A stretch of 64,000 nt of DNA from Candidatus Omnitrophota bacterium (GTDB lineage Bacteria > Omnitrophota > Gorgyraeia > Zapsychrales > Zapsychraceae): the NCBI GenBank assembly GCA_050250375.1, contig JBFWOS010000001.1, positions 1,022,361 to 1,086,360 on the forward strand, read 5' to 3'. Position numbers and translations under genes: made by a program. This document shows positions 9,907-18,608 of this stretch, piece by piece; within the stretch, counting starts at the first letter, position 1, and every line of letters begins with the position of its first letter. The notes beneath the pieces are model-generated. The model was not told the origin of the DNA. It did no database searches and worked only from the letters and a program-made list of their open reading frames with translations.

Positions 9907-10971
9907 TTATGGGGCGGAAGCGGTGTCTTCTCTGGAAACCGAATTGATATAGTCCGCCAAGTCATGCACGCGGACATACCAAAGCTTGCCTTTTTTATGC
10001 GCTTTCAGCTGGCCCCGGTTGATCAAATTGCGCAAATAGTCCTGAGAATAATCATAGACTCGTGCAAGCTCCCGCAGAGGCAATACCGCCTCTTGACTTA
10101 AATTGGTCAACCGTCCCTCTTTGAGGCGATTAACAGTTTCTTTCAGTAGTCCGGAGATCATTTCGACAAACGGCTCAAATTCCTCTTTTTTAATTAATTT
10201 GCTGACATCTGAAACGTTGACCGTCTTGCCTTTCTCAAGGGACTTATGAATATTTTCAAAACAATCGTCCGCCCTTTCAAGACAATCATAATATTGATCG
10301 CGCTCTTTTTTTGAGATCCCCTTGATGGCAACGTTGATCAATCCCTGCCCGATAAGAATATAAGACAGTAAAATACGTCCCACTCTTCCATTTCCATCAC
10401 GAAAGGGGTGGATTGTTTCAAACCATATATGGGTGGTAGCCGCAAGTATCACTTCATCAAAACTACGTTTCTTGAGCGACTCATTGAACCACTTGATAAA
10501 AAGCTGCATGGCCGGGCGGACATAATGGACGTCAACGGGCTCGAAACTCGCTTGAGCGACCTGAATATTGGTCTTGCGGAAATCCCCAATTTCACCGTTG
10601 TACGTTCCCATGGCTTTTTCATAGCGCATCAAAAGCGTGTGGATCTGTTTGATGTCCGCCATACGCAACTCAAACTCGTTCTCTTTAAGCTGGTTATTGG
10701 CGTATTCGTACATCGCGCTGGCCGCTTCAAAATAGCCCAAAATGGCTGCGGCTTTTTGTTTGTCCGTACGCTTGTTATTTTCCAGAACATCCATGAGATC
10801 CTGACGGTTAGCAAAAACACCCTCGATAGCGATAGAGTTACGGATTTCATCCTTAAACAGGGAATACCATTCCGCATTGGTTACGTTAATGAGATTTCCG
10901 AACCTTTCACGCAGTTGCTGGATTTGCTCTTTTAACCCTGCTTCATAATTTTTCCGAACTTTCCGAACCAT
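9907..10971 (-). CDS. Fic family protein (class II) with C-terminal excisionase-like HTH (HTH_17)
   Basis: Fic motif HPFRDGNGRVGR; N-terminal inhibitory motif SIAIEG; C-terminal LRELARVYDYSQDYLRNLINRGQLKAHKKGKLWYV. Confidence 0.9.
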   Translation of the reverse strand: MVRKVRKNYEAGLKEQIQQLRERFGNLINVTNAEWYSLFKDEIRNSIAIEGVFANRQDLMDVLENNKRTDKQKAAAILGYFEAASAMYEYANNQLKENEFELRMADIKQIHTLLMRYEKAMGTYNGEIGDFRKTNIQVAQASFEPVDVHYVRPAMQLFIKWFNESLKKRSFDEVILAATTHIWFETIHPFRDGNGRVGRILLSYILIGQGLINVAIKGISKKERDQYYDCLERADDCFENIHKSLEKGKTVNVSDVSKLIKKEEFEPFVEMISGLLKETVNRLKEGRLTNLSQEAVLPLRELARVYDYSQDYLRNLINRGQLKAHKKGKLWYVRVHDLADYINSVSREDTASAP

Positions 10972-10998
10972 AAATACCTCATTTTATATATAAAATTG

Positions 10999-11023
10999 TC
11001 CGAACCTTCACAGTTGGTTCGGA
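10999..11023. promoter_or_regulatory. Putative operator TCCGAACC-N9-GGTTCGGA (copy 1)
   Basis: Perfect 8-bp inverted repeat 28 bp upstream of the Fic start. Confidence 0.6.
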
Positions 11024-11058
11024 AATAAACATACCATGTTCTTGACTGGAAAGCAACA

Positions 11059-11093
11059 GATTTTCCGAACCATCCGCTTTGGTTCGGAAAATC
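11059..11093. promoter_or_regulatory. Putative operator TCCGAACC-N9-GGTTCGGA (copy 2, extended arms)
   Basis: gattttccgaacca-tccgctt-tggttcggaaaatc; same core and 9-bp spacing as copy 1. Confidence 0.6.
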
Positions 11094-11171
11094 GTTTTTT
11101 CCTTAGGAAACAGCCATTATAGCTAGACTCGCTACCGCGCGTAATATCAGCACTTCATCAAGGCCTGAGAC

Positions 11172-11206
11172 AAATAAAAACCCATCCCCTAAAAAGGGGA
11201 TGGGTT
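11172..11206 (-). terminator. Rho-independent terminator of tRNA-fMet
   Basis: 12-bp stem aacccatcccct/aggggatgggtt with a 4-nt loop, followed by a T-run on the minus strand. Confidence 0.8.
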
Positions 11207-11210
11207 CTTA

Positions 11211-11283
<73 letters not shown>

Positions 11284-11287
<4 letters not shown>

Positions 11288-11345
11288 ATATTGGGTTCTT
11301 TATTTCTGAATTAAATTTTTAGGTTACGTGGAACCCAATATCGCG
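11284..11345. repeat. 15-bp perfect inverted repeat overlapping the tRNA 5' end
   Basis: cgcgatattgggttc (11284-11298) / gaacccaatatcgcg (11331-11345) around a 32-bp AT-rich loop. Confidence 0.8.
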
Positions 11346-11462
11346 AGGCTCGCCTCTCAAATCAAACTTGAAACGGCGGCCCGCGGCTTGAGCCCACTTC
11401 TAAAAAGATTCAGATAAACGCGAGGCTCGCCCCTCAAATCAAACTTGAAACGGCGGCCCGCG
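11342..11462. repeat. Two 44-bp direct repeats separated by a 33-bp spacer
   Basis: cgcgaggctcgcc(t/c)ctcaaatcaaacttgaaacggcggcccgcg at 11342-11385 and 11419-11462, 1 mismatch; each copy is an imperfect hairpin. Confidence 0.85.
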
Positions 11463-11544
11463 TTCTCACGGACTTCTTACAAAAACATCTATTTGAATAC
11501 AAAGAACAAATATTAACTTTAACCGCTTTCCGCTTAAATCTTCA

Positions 11545-11829
11545 CTACTGCTGCTCGTTAGCCACCACCGGAACCGGCGTGATGCGGTAGATCACTTCAC
11601 CGTCCCGGATGATGCCCATTTTTTCCCGGGCAACCTTCTCTAAATAAACGGGATCATCTTCCAGCTTGCGTTTTTCCTCTGTCAGTTCGGCGTTCTGGCG
11701 TTTCAGTTCGTAAATTTCCCTGAGGTATTCCCGGTTCTTCTCCTGAAGCATCTGCTTTTGGGAAAAGGTCGGCAGAAACAGCAACAAAATACCAATGGCA
11801 ACGGCAAATAACAAAAGAGATTTTTTCAT
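11545..11829 (-). CDS. ftsB: Septum formation initiator (FtsB/DivIC family)
   Basis: TM plus coiled coil plus YLEKVAREKMGIIRDGE; conserved eno-ftsB synteny. Confidence 0.85.
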   Translation of the reverse strand: MKKSLLLFAVAIGILLLFLPTFSQKQMLQEKNREYLREIYELKRQNAELTEEKRKLEDDPVYLEKVAREKMGIIRDGEVIYRITPVPVVANEQQ

Positions 11830-11890
11830 AACAGCGTCTGGTGTCCGGCGGAAAATATTTTTCTGTTCACTTCGCGCCTACCGCTAAAAT

Positions 11891-13162
11891 CTAATAAATC
11901 TTTCCCCACTTTGATCCAGCATAGACAGCCTTTTTGCCAAGCTCTTCTTCAATCCGCAGGAGTTCATTATATTTACACAAACGGTCCGTCCTTGACAAAG
12001 AACCGGTCTTGATCTGGCCGACTCCCGTGGCCACTGCGATATGCGCGATGGTTGTGTCTTCGGTTTCACCGGACCGGTGAGAAATGATTGAAGTGTACTT
12101 ATTATCCTTGGCCAGGCTGATCGCGTCAAGTGTTTCTGACAATGACCCGATCTGGTTGACCTTGATCAGGATTGAATTCGCCGCCTTTTCGTCGATGCCT
12201 TTCTTGAGCCGCTTGACGTTGGTAACAAAAAAATCGTCGCCGACCAGCTGGACACTGCCGCCGATCTTTTTGGTCATCGCCTTCCAGCCGTCCCAGTCAT
12301 TTTCGTCGAGGCCGTCTTCAATCGAAATCAGCGGCGATGTCTTGAGCATCTTGGCGTATACATCAATCATCTCGGCAACGGACAGTTTCTTTCCGTTGTA
12401 ACCGTATTTTTTATCTTTATAAAATTCACTGGAGGCCGCGTCAAGCGCGATGCAGATATCTTTTTTCGGTTTATAACCGGCTTTCTCGACCGCTTCAAGG
12501 ATAACCGCGATCCCTTCCTCATTGCTCTTTAGATTTGGAGCGAAACCGCCTTCATCCCCGACAGAGGTGGATAACTTGCGGTCATGCAGAATTTTCTTTA
12601 AGGTGTGAAAGACTTCACAGGCCATACGGATAGCTTCGGAAAACGTCTTCGCGCCGACCGGAGCGATCATGAATTCCTGGACATCCAGATTGTTGTCCGC
12701 GTGCGCACCGCCGTTGATAATATTCATTAACGGGACCGGAAGGATATTGGCTTCTTTTCCGCCTAGAAACTTATAAAGCGGTTTGCCTTCTTCTTTGGCC
12801 GCGGCCTGGGCCACCGCCATGGACACGCCTAAAATCGCGTTGGCGCCCAGTTTGCCCTTATTTTCCGTGCCGTCCAGTTTGATCAGTTTTTTATCAATCT
12901 TTTTAAAATCCGGTTCAAGACCAACCACCATATCCGCGATGGCCTTGTTGACATTGGCGACCGCTTTGGAAACGCCTTTGCCCATATATTTTGTTTTGTC
13001 GCCATCCCGTAATTCAATCGCCTCATGCTCACCGGTCGAAGCGCCGGATGGAACAGCCGCACGGCCCATCACCCCTGATTTGAGGATAACATCAACCTCA
13101 ACCGTCGGGTTCCCGCGGGAATCGATGATCTGCCGGCCTTTGATTTTCACTATTTTTGACAT
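11891..13162 (-). CDS. eno: Enolase
   Basis: [52 protein letters not shown]; start reassigned to MSKIVKI. Confidence 0.98.
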   Translation of the reverse strand: MSKIVKIKGRQIIDSRGNPTVEVDVILKSGVMGRAAVPSGASTGEHEAIELRDGDKTKYMGKGVSKAVANVNKAIADMVVGLEPDFKKIDKKLIKLDGTENKGKLGANAILGVSMAVAQAAAKEEGKPLYKFLGGKEANILPVPLMNIINGGAHADNNLDVQEFMIAPVGAKTFSEAIRMACEVFHTLKKILHDRKLSTSVGDEGGFAPNLKSNEEGIAVILEAVEKAGYKPKKDICIALDAASSEFYKDKKYGYNGKKLSVAEMIDVYAKMLKTSPLISIEDGLDENDWDGWKAMTKKIGGSVQLVGDDFFVTNVKRLKKGIDEKAANSILIKVNQIGSLSETLDAISLAKDNKYTSIISHRSGETEDTTIAHIAVATGVGQIKTGSLSRTDRLCKYNELLRIEEELGKKAVYAGSKWGKIY

Positions 13163-13381
13163 AACCTGTTTCCTTATAATTGATTTAATTCCTGAAATAA
13201 ATCGTTTAGAACGCACAATCTATCATAGTTCCAAAACAAAGTCAAGCCCCTGCTGGATGATCCATGTTATTATGTCAAATAAATATAGATGAAAAGCAAT
13301 CGCAAGCTTTACAGGTGAAAATCATTTAATATATGATATACTTAGTTTGTTTAATATTAATAAAAAGATGAGGAGCGACCC

Positions 13382-16300
13382 TTGATCAATAAAATCATCA
13401 AATTCTTTAAAATCTATTGGATCAACCTTCTTTTATCTATTTGCATCATTAGTGTTGTAATTGGCATTGCCGTGTTTACCTGGTTTTGTATCGAAGGATT
13501 TTCCCATATGGAAGGCTTCAGCAAACGACAGGCCGCCGGGCAGATGGCCTTGCTGCTGCCGATGTTCATTATTGTGCATCTCGTTACTTTGCCGATCATG
13601 CTGGGTGCCCAATTCTTTATGCTTCATGGCGGCGGACTGGCTAAAATCCTGGGCGGTTCAGAATCCAGTAAATCCAAATCAAAAGTTCATTGGGATGAAG
13701 TCATCGGCATGGAAATGGCCAAACAGGATTCCTGGGAGATCGTTGAATTTTTAAGGAATAAAAAGAAACTCGCGGTGATCGGCGGGACAAACATGAAAGG
13801 GGCCTTGATGTTCGGCCCTCCGGGATGCGGAAAGACTTATCTGGCCAAGGCCATCGCGACCGAATCCCATTTACCGTTTCTCTCTACTGTCGGCTCAGAA
13901 TTTGTCACCATGCTCCAGGGGATGGGCGCCATGCGTATGAAATCAATGTTTAAAAAAGCCCGTAAACTGGCCAAGGTCGAGGGCGGCTGTATTATTTTTA
14001 TAGACGAAATTGACTCCTTTGCGCGTCCGCGTTCCGAGATTGAAACCGGCGGCGGAGCCACCACCAGTAATAACGCCACCATTAATCAATTTTTGACTGA
14101 GCTGGACGGCATGAAGAAAAAAGATGATAATATTTTTGTCCTGGCTGCCACCAATGTCGATGAATCGAAACTGGATCCGGCCGTTGTTCGTTCCGGACGG
14201 TTCGACCGGAAAATTCATATCGACAAACCCACCACCAGGGAACGCAAGGCCTTATTAAAATTTTATCTGGCAAAAGTTACTTATGATCAGAAAATTAACG
14301 TCGATGAAATCGCCGAACGTCTTCACGGATTTACACCTGCCGATGTTAACAGCCTGATTAAAGAAGCCGGCGCTATCGCTTTACGCAGCAACGCCAACCT
14401 TATAGAAACAAATCATTTTGAAAATGCTATTTCGCGCATGATGACGTCCAAAGAAAAGTCGCGCAGCAGTTCAACAATACAGCCCAAAGGCAAAGTGCGC
14501 TTCGACGATATAATCGGCATTGAAGAAGCAAAACAGCATGCCAAAGAGCTGGTCAATACGCTTAAAGACCGTCACCTGATGGAAAAAATTGGTGATAAAG
14601 CAACCCGCTGTTCCCTTCTTTTAGGACCATCCGGCTCAGGTAAGTCTTATTTGGCCAAGGCCATCGCGACAGAGGCCGATGTTCCGTTTTTAACTGTCAT
14701 GGGCAGTGAATTTATTGACCAGTTTATGAACCAGGGCCCGATAAAGATGCGTGAATTTTTCTCCGAGGCCCGTATGCTCGCTAAAGCTGAAGATGCCTGC
14801 CTGGTTTTTATTGATGAAATTGATGCCTTCGCCCGGAATCGGGAAAAAATGTTCGGTTATATGCAGAACCCTACGCTCGACCAATTTATCAGGGAATTGG
14901 ATGATCTGCGCCACAACAACATTAATATCATCGTTCTGGCGGCGACCAACCTAGCAGAAGAAGACTTAGACCAGGCGATATTAAAAATCGGCCGTTTTGA
15001 TCATAAAATTATCCTTGAATTACCGCGGGCCAAACAAAGAGAAGAAATTCTGCAGTACTTTTTGAAAAAAGAAAAGAAGACCGACGATATCGATTTAAAA
15101 TTATTGGCCAATAAAACACCCTCCTTTTCTCCGGCGGACTTAGAAAGCATGGTCAAAACCGCCAGTTTAAGTGCCTTACGGAATAAACGGGAAATGATCC
15201 ACATGTCGGACTTAAATTCGGCTTTAGTCGAGATTCAGGAAGATGTCAATAAACGCGGCGACATCAGCATGGCCAATACCAAGGTCAACATCCCCTGGAA
15301 TGAGGTCATCGGGATGGATGAAACCAAAAAGAACGCCTGGGAAATCGTTGAACTCTTAAAAGACCGCCGCAAACTTAAAGTGGTCGGCGGTAAGATTATC
15401 AAAGGGCTTCTGATGATTGGCCCTCCGGGTTGCGGTAAAACTTATCTGGCCAAGGCCATCGCGACAGAAGCTGGTTATCCATTTCTCAGCGTCGTCGGCA
15501 GTGAATTTGTGGACAAGTACGTCGGTGAAGGCGCCCGTAAGATCCGCGACCTCTTTGCTGCGGCACGCAGTCTGGCCAAAGCGGAAGGCGGATGCATTGT
15601 CTTTATTGATGAAATCGACGCCTTTATCAAACCGCGCACCAATGAGATGAACGGGAATACGAATTCGGAAAATGCCACGATTAACCAGTTTCTTGCCGAA
15701 CTCGACGGACTTGGACGGGCCGAAGACGGAAACGTCATCATCCTGGCCGCGACGAATATGCCTCCGGAAAGCCTGGACCCGGCGGTCATGCGTTCGGGAC
15801 GATTTGACAGAAAACTGGAAATTGTCAAACCGTCAGCCAAGGACCGTGAAGAACTCCTTAATTTTTATTTAACTAAAGTCGAAACAGACGGCGCGATCGA
15901 TGTAAAACTTTTATCTGAAAAGACAAAATGGTTTTCCGCCGCCGATATTAATAACATGGTCCGCGAGGCCGGAATCTTTGCCTTGCGTGAAAATAGAGAA
16001 AAGTTGTCCATGGATGACCTTAATAAAGGGATGAAACGGGTCATGGATTCGATCGAGAATATGGGAGAAGACAAAATCCTCGGAGACAAGGTAAATGTCA
16101 AATGGGAAGAAGTCATCGGTATGCCTGACGCCAAAGAAGAAGCGTTGGAAATCGTTAAAATGCTGAAAGACCGCAATATTGTTAAAGCCATCGGCGGCAA
16201 GATCGTCAAAGGGGTTGTTCTCTTCGGACCTCCGGGATGCGGAAAAACATATCTCGCCAAAGCCATGGCCACCGAGGCGGGCTTCCCTTTTATCTCTAAA

Positions 16301-17482
16301 GTCGGCAGCGAATTTGTCACGATGTGGGTCGGCGAAGGCGGAAAAAAGATGCGGGATATGTTCAAAGAAGCCCGCGCCTTGGCAAAAACTGAAGGCGGGT
16401 GTATCATCTTCATCGATGAAATAGATGCCTTTGCCAGACCCCGCGGATCCAACCAAAACAGCAGCAGCAACTCGGAAAACGCCACGATCAACCAATTCCT
16501 CACAGAAATGGATGGATTGAAAAACGAAAGCAACAATATCATGATCCTGGCGGCAACCAACGCGCGTGAGAACCAAATCGACCCTGCGGTTATGCGCGCA
16601 GGCCGCATTGAACGCAAAATTTACATCTCCCTGCCGACCCTGGAAGAACGTAAAGAACTGTTCAAGTTCTATTTCAGCCGGGTCAGCATCGCGGACGATG
16701 TAAGCCCGGACCGCTGGGCCCGTATCGCGGTGGGCACTTCTCCGTCGGACATCGACAGCATCGTGCGTGAAGGCGGTCTATTAGCGTTACGCGGCAAACG
16801 AGAATCAATTACCCACAAAGACTTAATGGAAGGTTATGATCGAATCACATTAGGCTCAGTGTCCCGGGAGAAATACAACAAGAAATCAATTATGAAAACA
16901 GCTTATCACGAATCCGGTCATGCAATTCTAACTTACCTTGTTCATCCTTCGAGTGAGGTGATCAAGGCTACGATTAAACCCCGCAAGGGTTCACTGGGCA
17001 TGATTCAAAACCGTCCGATTGAAGAACTCGCGCTGAATTCACCGAACAAAGAACAGTGGCTTTCCGAAATACAAATAATGCTGGCCGGGTACGTCGCCGA
17101 GAAACTCACCTTCGGCACAACCGCCTCCGGAGTTGGCGGCGGGCCGGGCAGTGATTTTCATCGGGCCATGAGCGTGGCCAATTATATGGTCCGCAGCCTT
17201 GGTATGGGGGCTTCCGGGCTGATCGGTGACTTTACCGCCATGGAAGAAGATGCTCTATCGGAAAGGACCAAAGTAATTCTCGAAAACGATGTCCAGGACA
17301 TCCTCCAGAGCTGTTTGAAAAAAACCACCGAAATCCTGACCGAATATAAGGCCGTCCTCGAATATTTTGCGCAGGAATTAATGGAAAAGGGCGATCTGGA
17401 ATATGATGACGTCCAGGACATCTTTAATAAATTTAAACTAAAGCCGGCCGCCGTCCGCCCTTCGACCATTGAGGAAGTTTAA
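13382..17482 (+). CDS. FtsH-like membrane zinc metalloprotease with four tandem AAA+ domains
   Basis: Two N-terminal TMs; four Walker A motifs (GPPGCGKT, GPSGSGKS, GPPGCGKT, GPPGCGKT); four FIDEID Walker B motifs and AATN...GR SRH motifs; one M41 domain TAYHESGHA...LAGYVAE...SDF. Confidence 0.9.
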   Translation: MINKIIKFFKIYWINLLLSICIISVVIGIAVFTWFCIEGFSHMEGFSKRQAAGQMALLLPMFIIVHLVTLPIMLGAQFFMLHGGGLAKILGGSESSKSKSKVHWDEVIGMEMAKQDSWEIVEFLRNKKKLAVIGGTNMKGALMFGPPGCGKTYLAKAIATESHLPFLSTVGSEFVTMLQGMGAMRMKSMFKKARKLAKVEGGCIIFIDEIDSFARPRSEIETGGGATTSNNATINQFLTELDGMKKKDDNIFVLAATNVDESKLDPAVVRSGRFDRKIHIDKPTTRERKALLKFYLAKVTYDQKINVDEIAERLHGFTPADVNSLIKEAGAIALRSNANLIETNHFENAISRMMTSKEKSRSSSTIQPKGKVRFDDIIGIEEAKQHAKELVNTLKDRHLMEKIGDKATRCSLLLGPSGSGKSYLAKAIATEADVPFLTVMGSEFIDQFMNQGPIKMREFFSEARMLAKAEDACLVFIDEIDAFARNREKMFGYMQNPTLDQFIRELDDLRHNNINIIVLAATNLAEEDLDQAILKIGRFDHKIILELPRAKQREEILQYFLKKEKKTDDIDLKLLANKTPSFSPADLESMVKTASLSALRNKREMIHMSDLNSALVEIQEDVNKRGDISMANTKVNIPWNEVIGMDETKKNAWEIVELLKDRRKLKVVGGKIIKGLLMIGPPGCGKTYLAKAIATEAGYPFLSVVGSEFVDKYVGEGARKIRDLFAAARSLAKAEGGCIVFIDEIDAFIKPRTNEMNGNTNSENATINQFLAELDGLGRAEDGNVIILAATNMPPESLDPAVMRSGRFDRKLEIVKPSAKDREELLNFYLTKVETDGAIDVKLLSEKTKWFSAADINNMVREAGIFALRENREKLSMDDLNKGMKRVMDSIENMGEDKILGDKVNVKWEEVIGMPDAKEEALEIVKMLKDRNIVKAIGGKIVKGVVLFGPPGCGKTYLAKAMATEAGFPFISKVGSEFVTMWVGEGGKKMRDMFKEARALAKTEGGCIIFIDEIDAFARPRGSNQNSSSNSENATINQFLTEMDGLKNESNNIMILAATNARENQIDPAVMRAGRIERKIYISLPTLEERKELFKFYFSRVSIADDVSPDRWARIAVGTSPSDIDSIVREGGLLALRGKRESITHKDLMEGYDRITLGSVSREKYNKKSIMKTAYHESGHAILTYLVHPSSEVIKATIKPRKGSLGMIQNRPIEELALNSPNKEQWLSEIQIMLAGYVAEKLTFGTTASGVGGGPGSDFHRAMSVANYMVRSLGMGASGLIGDFTAMEEDALSERTKVILENDVQDILQSCLKKTTEILTEYKAVLEYFAQELMEKGDLEYDDVQDIFNKFKLKPAAVRPSTIEEV

Positions 17483-18561
17483 TGCCCCGGAAAATTCACG
17501 CATTATTCCTCATTGTCAGTCTAGGGAGTGTATTGTATATATCCGGATGCGCGAAAAAAGAAACTGTTGTTGAAGCCCCTACAACACCCGCTCATACCAA
17601 ACTCAGCGAACTCCTCGAAAAGGAATTCAAAATTCACGCCATTACCCGGGCTTTACCAAACACCCTTTGGATTTATATCCCGCTGGAAAAAACATTTTTT
17701 GAAGTTTCTTCCACTGACAAAGGACCGCAAAAGTCGTCCAACGCAACAAAGAGTTTAAACCTGCTTTATCTGGACGGTCAATTTGACGGAAAATACTTTA
17801 ATATAGAGTATGATGTCGGGGAATCAAAGAATTATTCCGATGATAAGGGCATCCAATCCAAGTACTCGGAGGAGTACAGCCGGATCAGCCGCACAATCCC
17901 GACGGCCATCCATACGGCCTATTCGGATATTGAACGCAAGGTCGGCAGCCATGACTACATCGAAAAAATTGCAGGCGACATCGACTTTCAGGATGAGCAC
18001 AAAAACACGACCCATAAGGCCCTGGTTCAATCCAATGTCCTGCAGGAACAAAAGGTTCCTGATTTCTTTGTCGTGGTTATCGCCGATATCGAAAAAGGCA
18101 TCGAATCCCGCTCATTGTTTTATTTACAGGATCTCCGCCGGGCCCACGTTGACCCGAACTTTATGGAAGAGTATGCCAAACGGGTCATCACCGATCAGCC
18201 CATCGGTCATTCGGTCATTATTGGCGATAAAACCGGCCAGTATGTTGACTATCATGATGTGACCTGGAATGAATTTCTGATGAAACAAATCCTAAACCGG
18301 ATCCGATTTCAATATCAGATGAGTTCCCATAAACCTGAATCCGGCGATTTCGATATTCTAAAGGACCTGGCCAATCAGGTCCTTCGGGCATACCCTCACC
18401 GGGATTATCAGGGCGTGAATTTTCTCAACCTTGAAACCAAAAAAGAATCCAGACTAAATGCGGATGCAATTGATGCCTATCAAGATTTTGACAGCAAAGA
18501 TCCAGGACGGATTCGTAATATCAAAGTAAATCTGGACGCCCCGGCCGAAAACGGCATTTAA
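17482..18561 (+). CDS. Hypothetical lipoprotein coupled to the 4xAAA FtsH
   Basis: Signal peptide with lipobox ISGC; TAATG stop/start overlap with the upstream gene. Confidence 0.7.
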   Translation: MPRKIHALFLIVSLGSVLYISGCAKKETVVEAPTTPAHTKLSELLEKEFKIHAITRALPNTLWIYIPLEKTFFEVSSTDKGPQKSSNATKSLNLLYLDGQFDGKYFNIEYDVGESKNYSDDKGIQSKYSEEYSRISRTIPTAIHTAYSDIERKVGSHDYIEKIAGDIDFQDEHKNTTHKALVQSNVLQEQKVPDFFVVVIADIEKGIESRSLFYLQDLRRAHVDPNFMEEYAKRVITDQPIGHSVIIGDKTGQYVDYHDVTWNEFLMKQILNRIRFQYQMSSHKPESGDFDILKDLANQVLRAYPHRDYQGVNFLNLETKKESRLNADAIDAYQDFDSKDPGRIRNIKVNLDAPAENGI

Positions 18562-18608
18562 CCAAACCCCTTCCTCCGTTTACCCAATGGAAATGGCTTC
18601 CAGCAAAT

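Larger units (their letters stand above)
9753..9911 (-). repeat. att-like duplicate of the tRNA-fMet 3' half, split by two insertions
   Basis: tggttgcgg (9753-9761) + gggccagatttg (9825-9836) + aactaacggccttcaggttatg (9890-9911) matches tRNA 11211-11253 with 2 mismatches in 43 nt. Confidence 0.85.

Noticed and set aside
9753-9911. Functional intron-containing or split tRNA
   Set aside because: The 5' half of the tRNA is absent (the Fic CDS is there instead), and the insertions fall in the acceptor stem and T-loop. An att remnant fits better.
9678-10101. ORFs 9678-9977 and 9850-10101
   Set aside because: They run through hairpin insertions, att sequence and the Fic gene, and the translations are not protein-like.
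11342-11462. CRISPR array
   Set aside because: Only two repeats, no cas genes in the window, and the TTGAAAC motif is internal rather than terminal. Kept as a repeat finding instead.
15865-16617. Long antisense ORFs (250 and 221 aa here; likewise 41863-42687 and 8194-8895)
   Set aside because: Antisense shadows of well-supported genes, with no motifs or SD of their own.
13382-17482. Assembly-induced tandem duplication as the cause of the four AAA modules
   Set aside because: The modules are substantially diverged in protein and DNA and stay in one open frame. This points to old duplications, though read mapping is still advisable.
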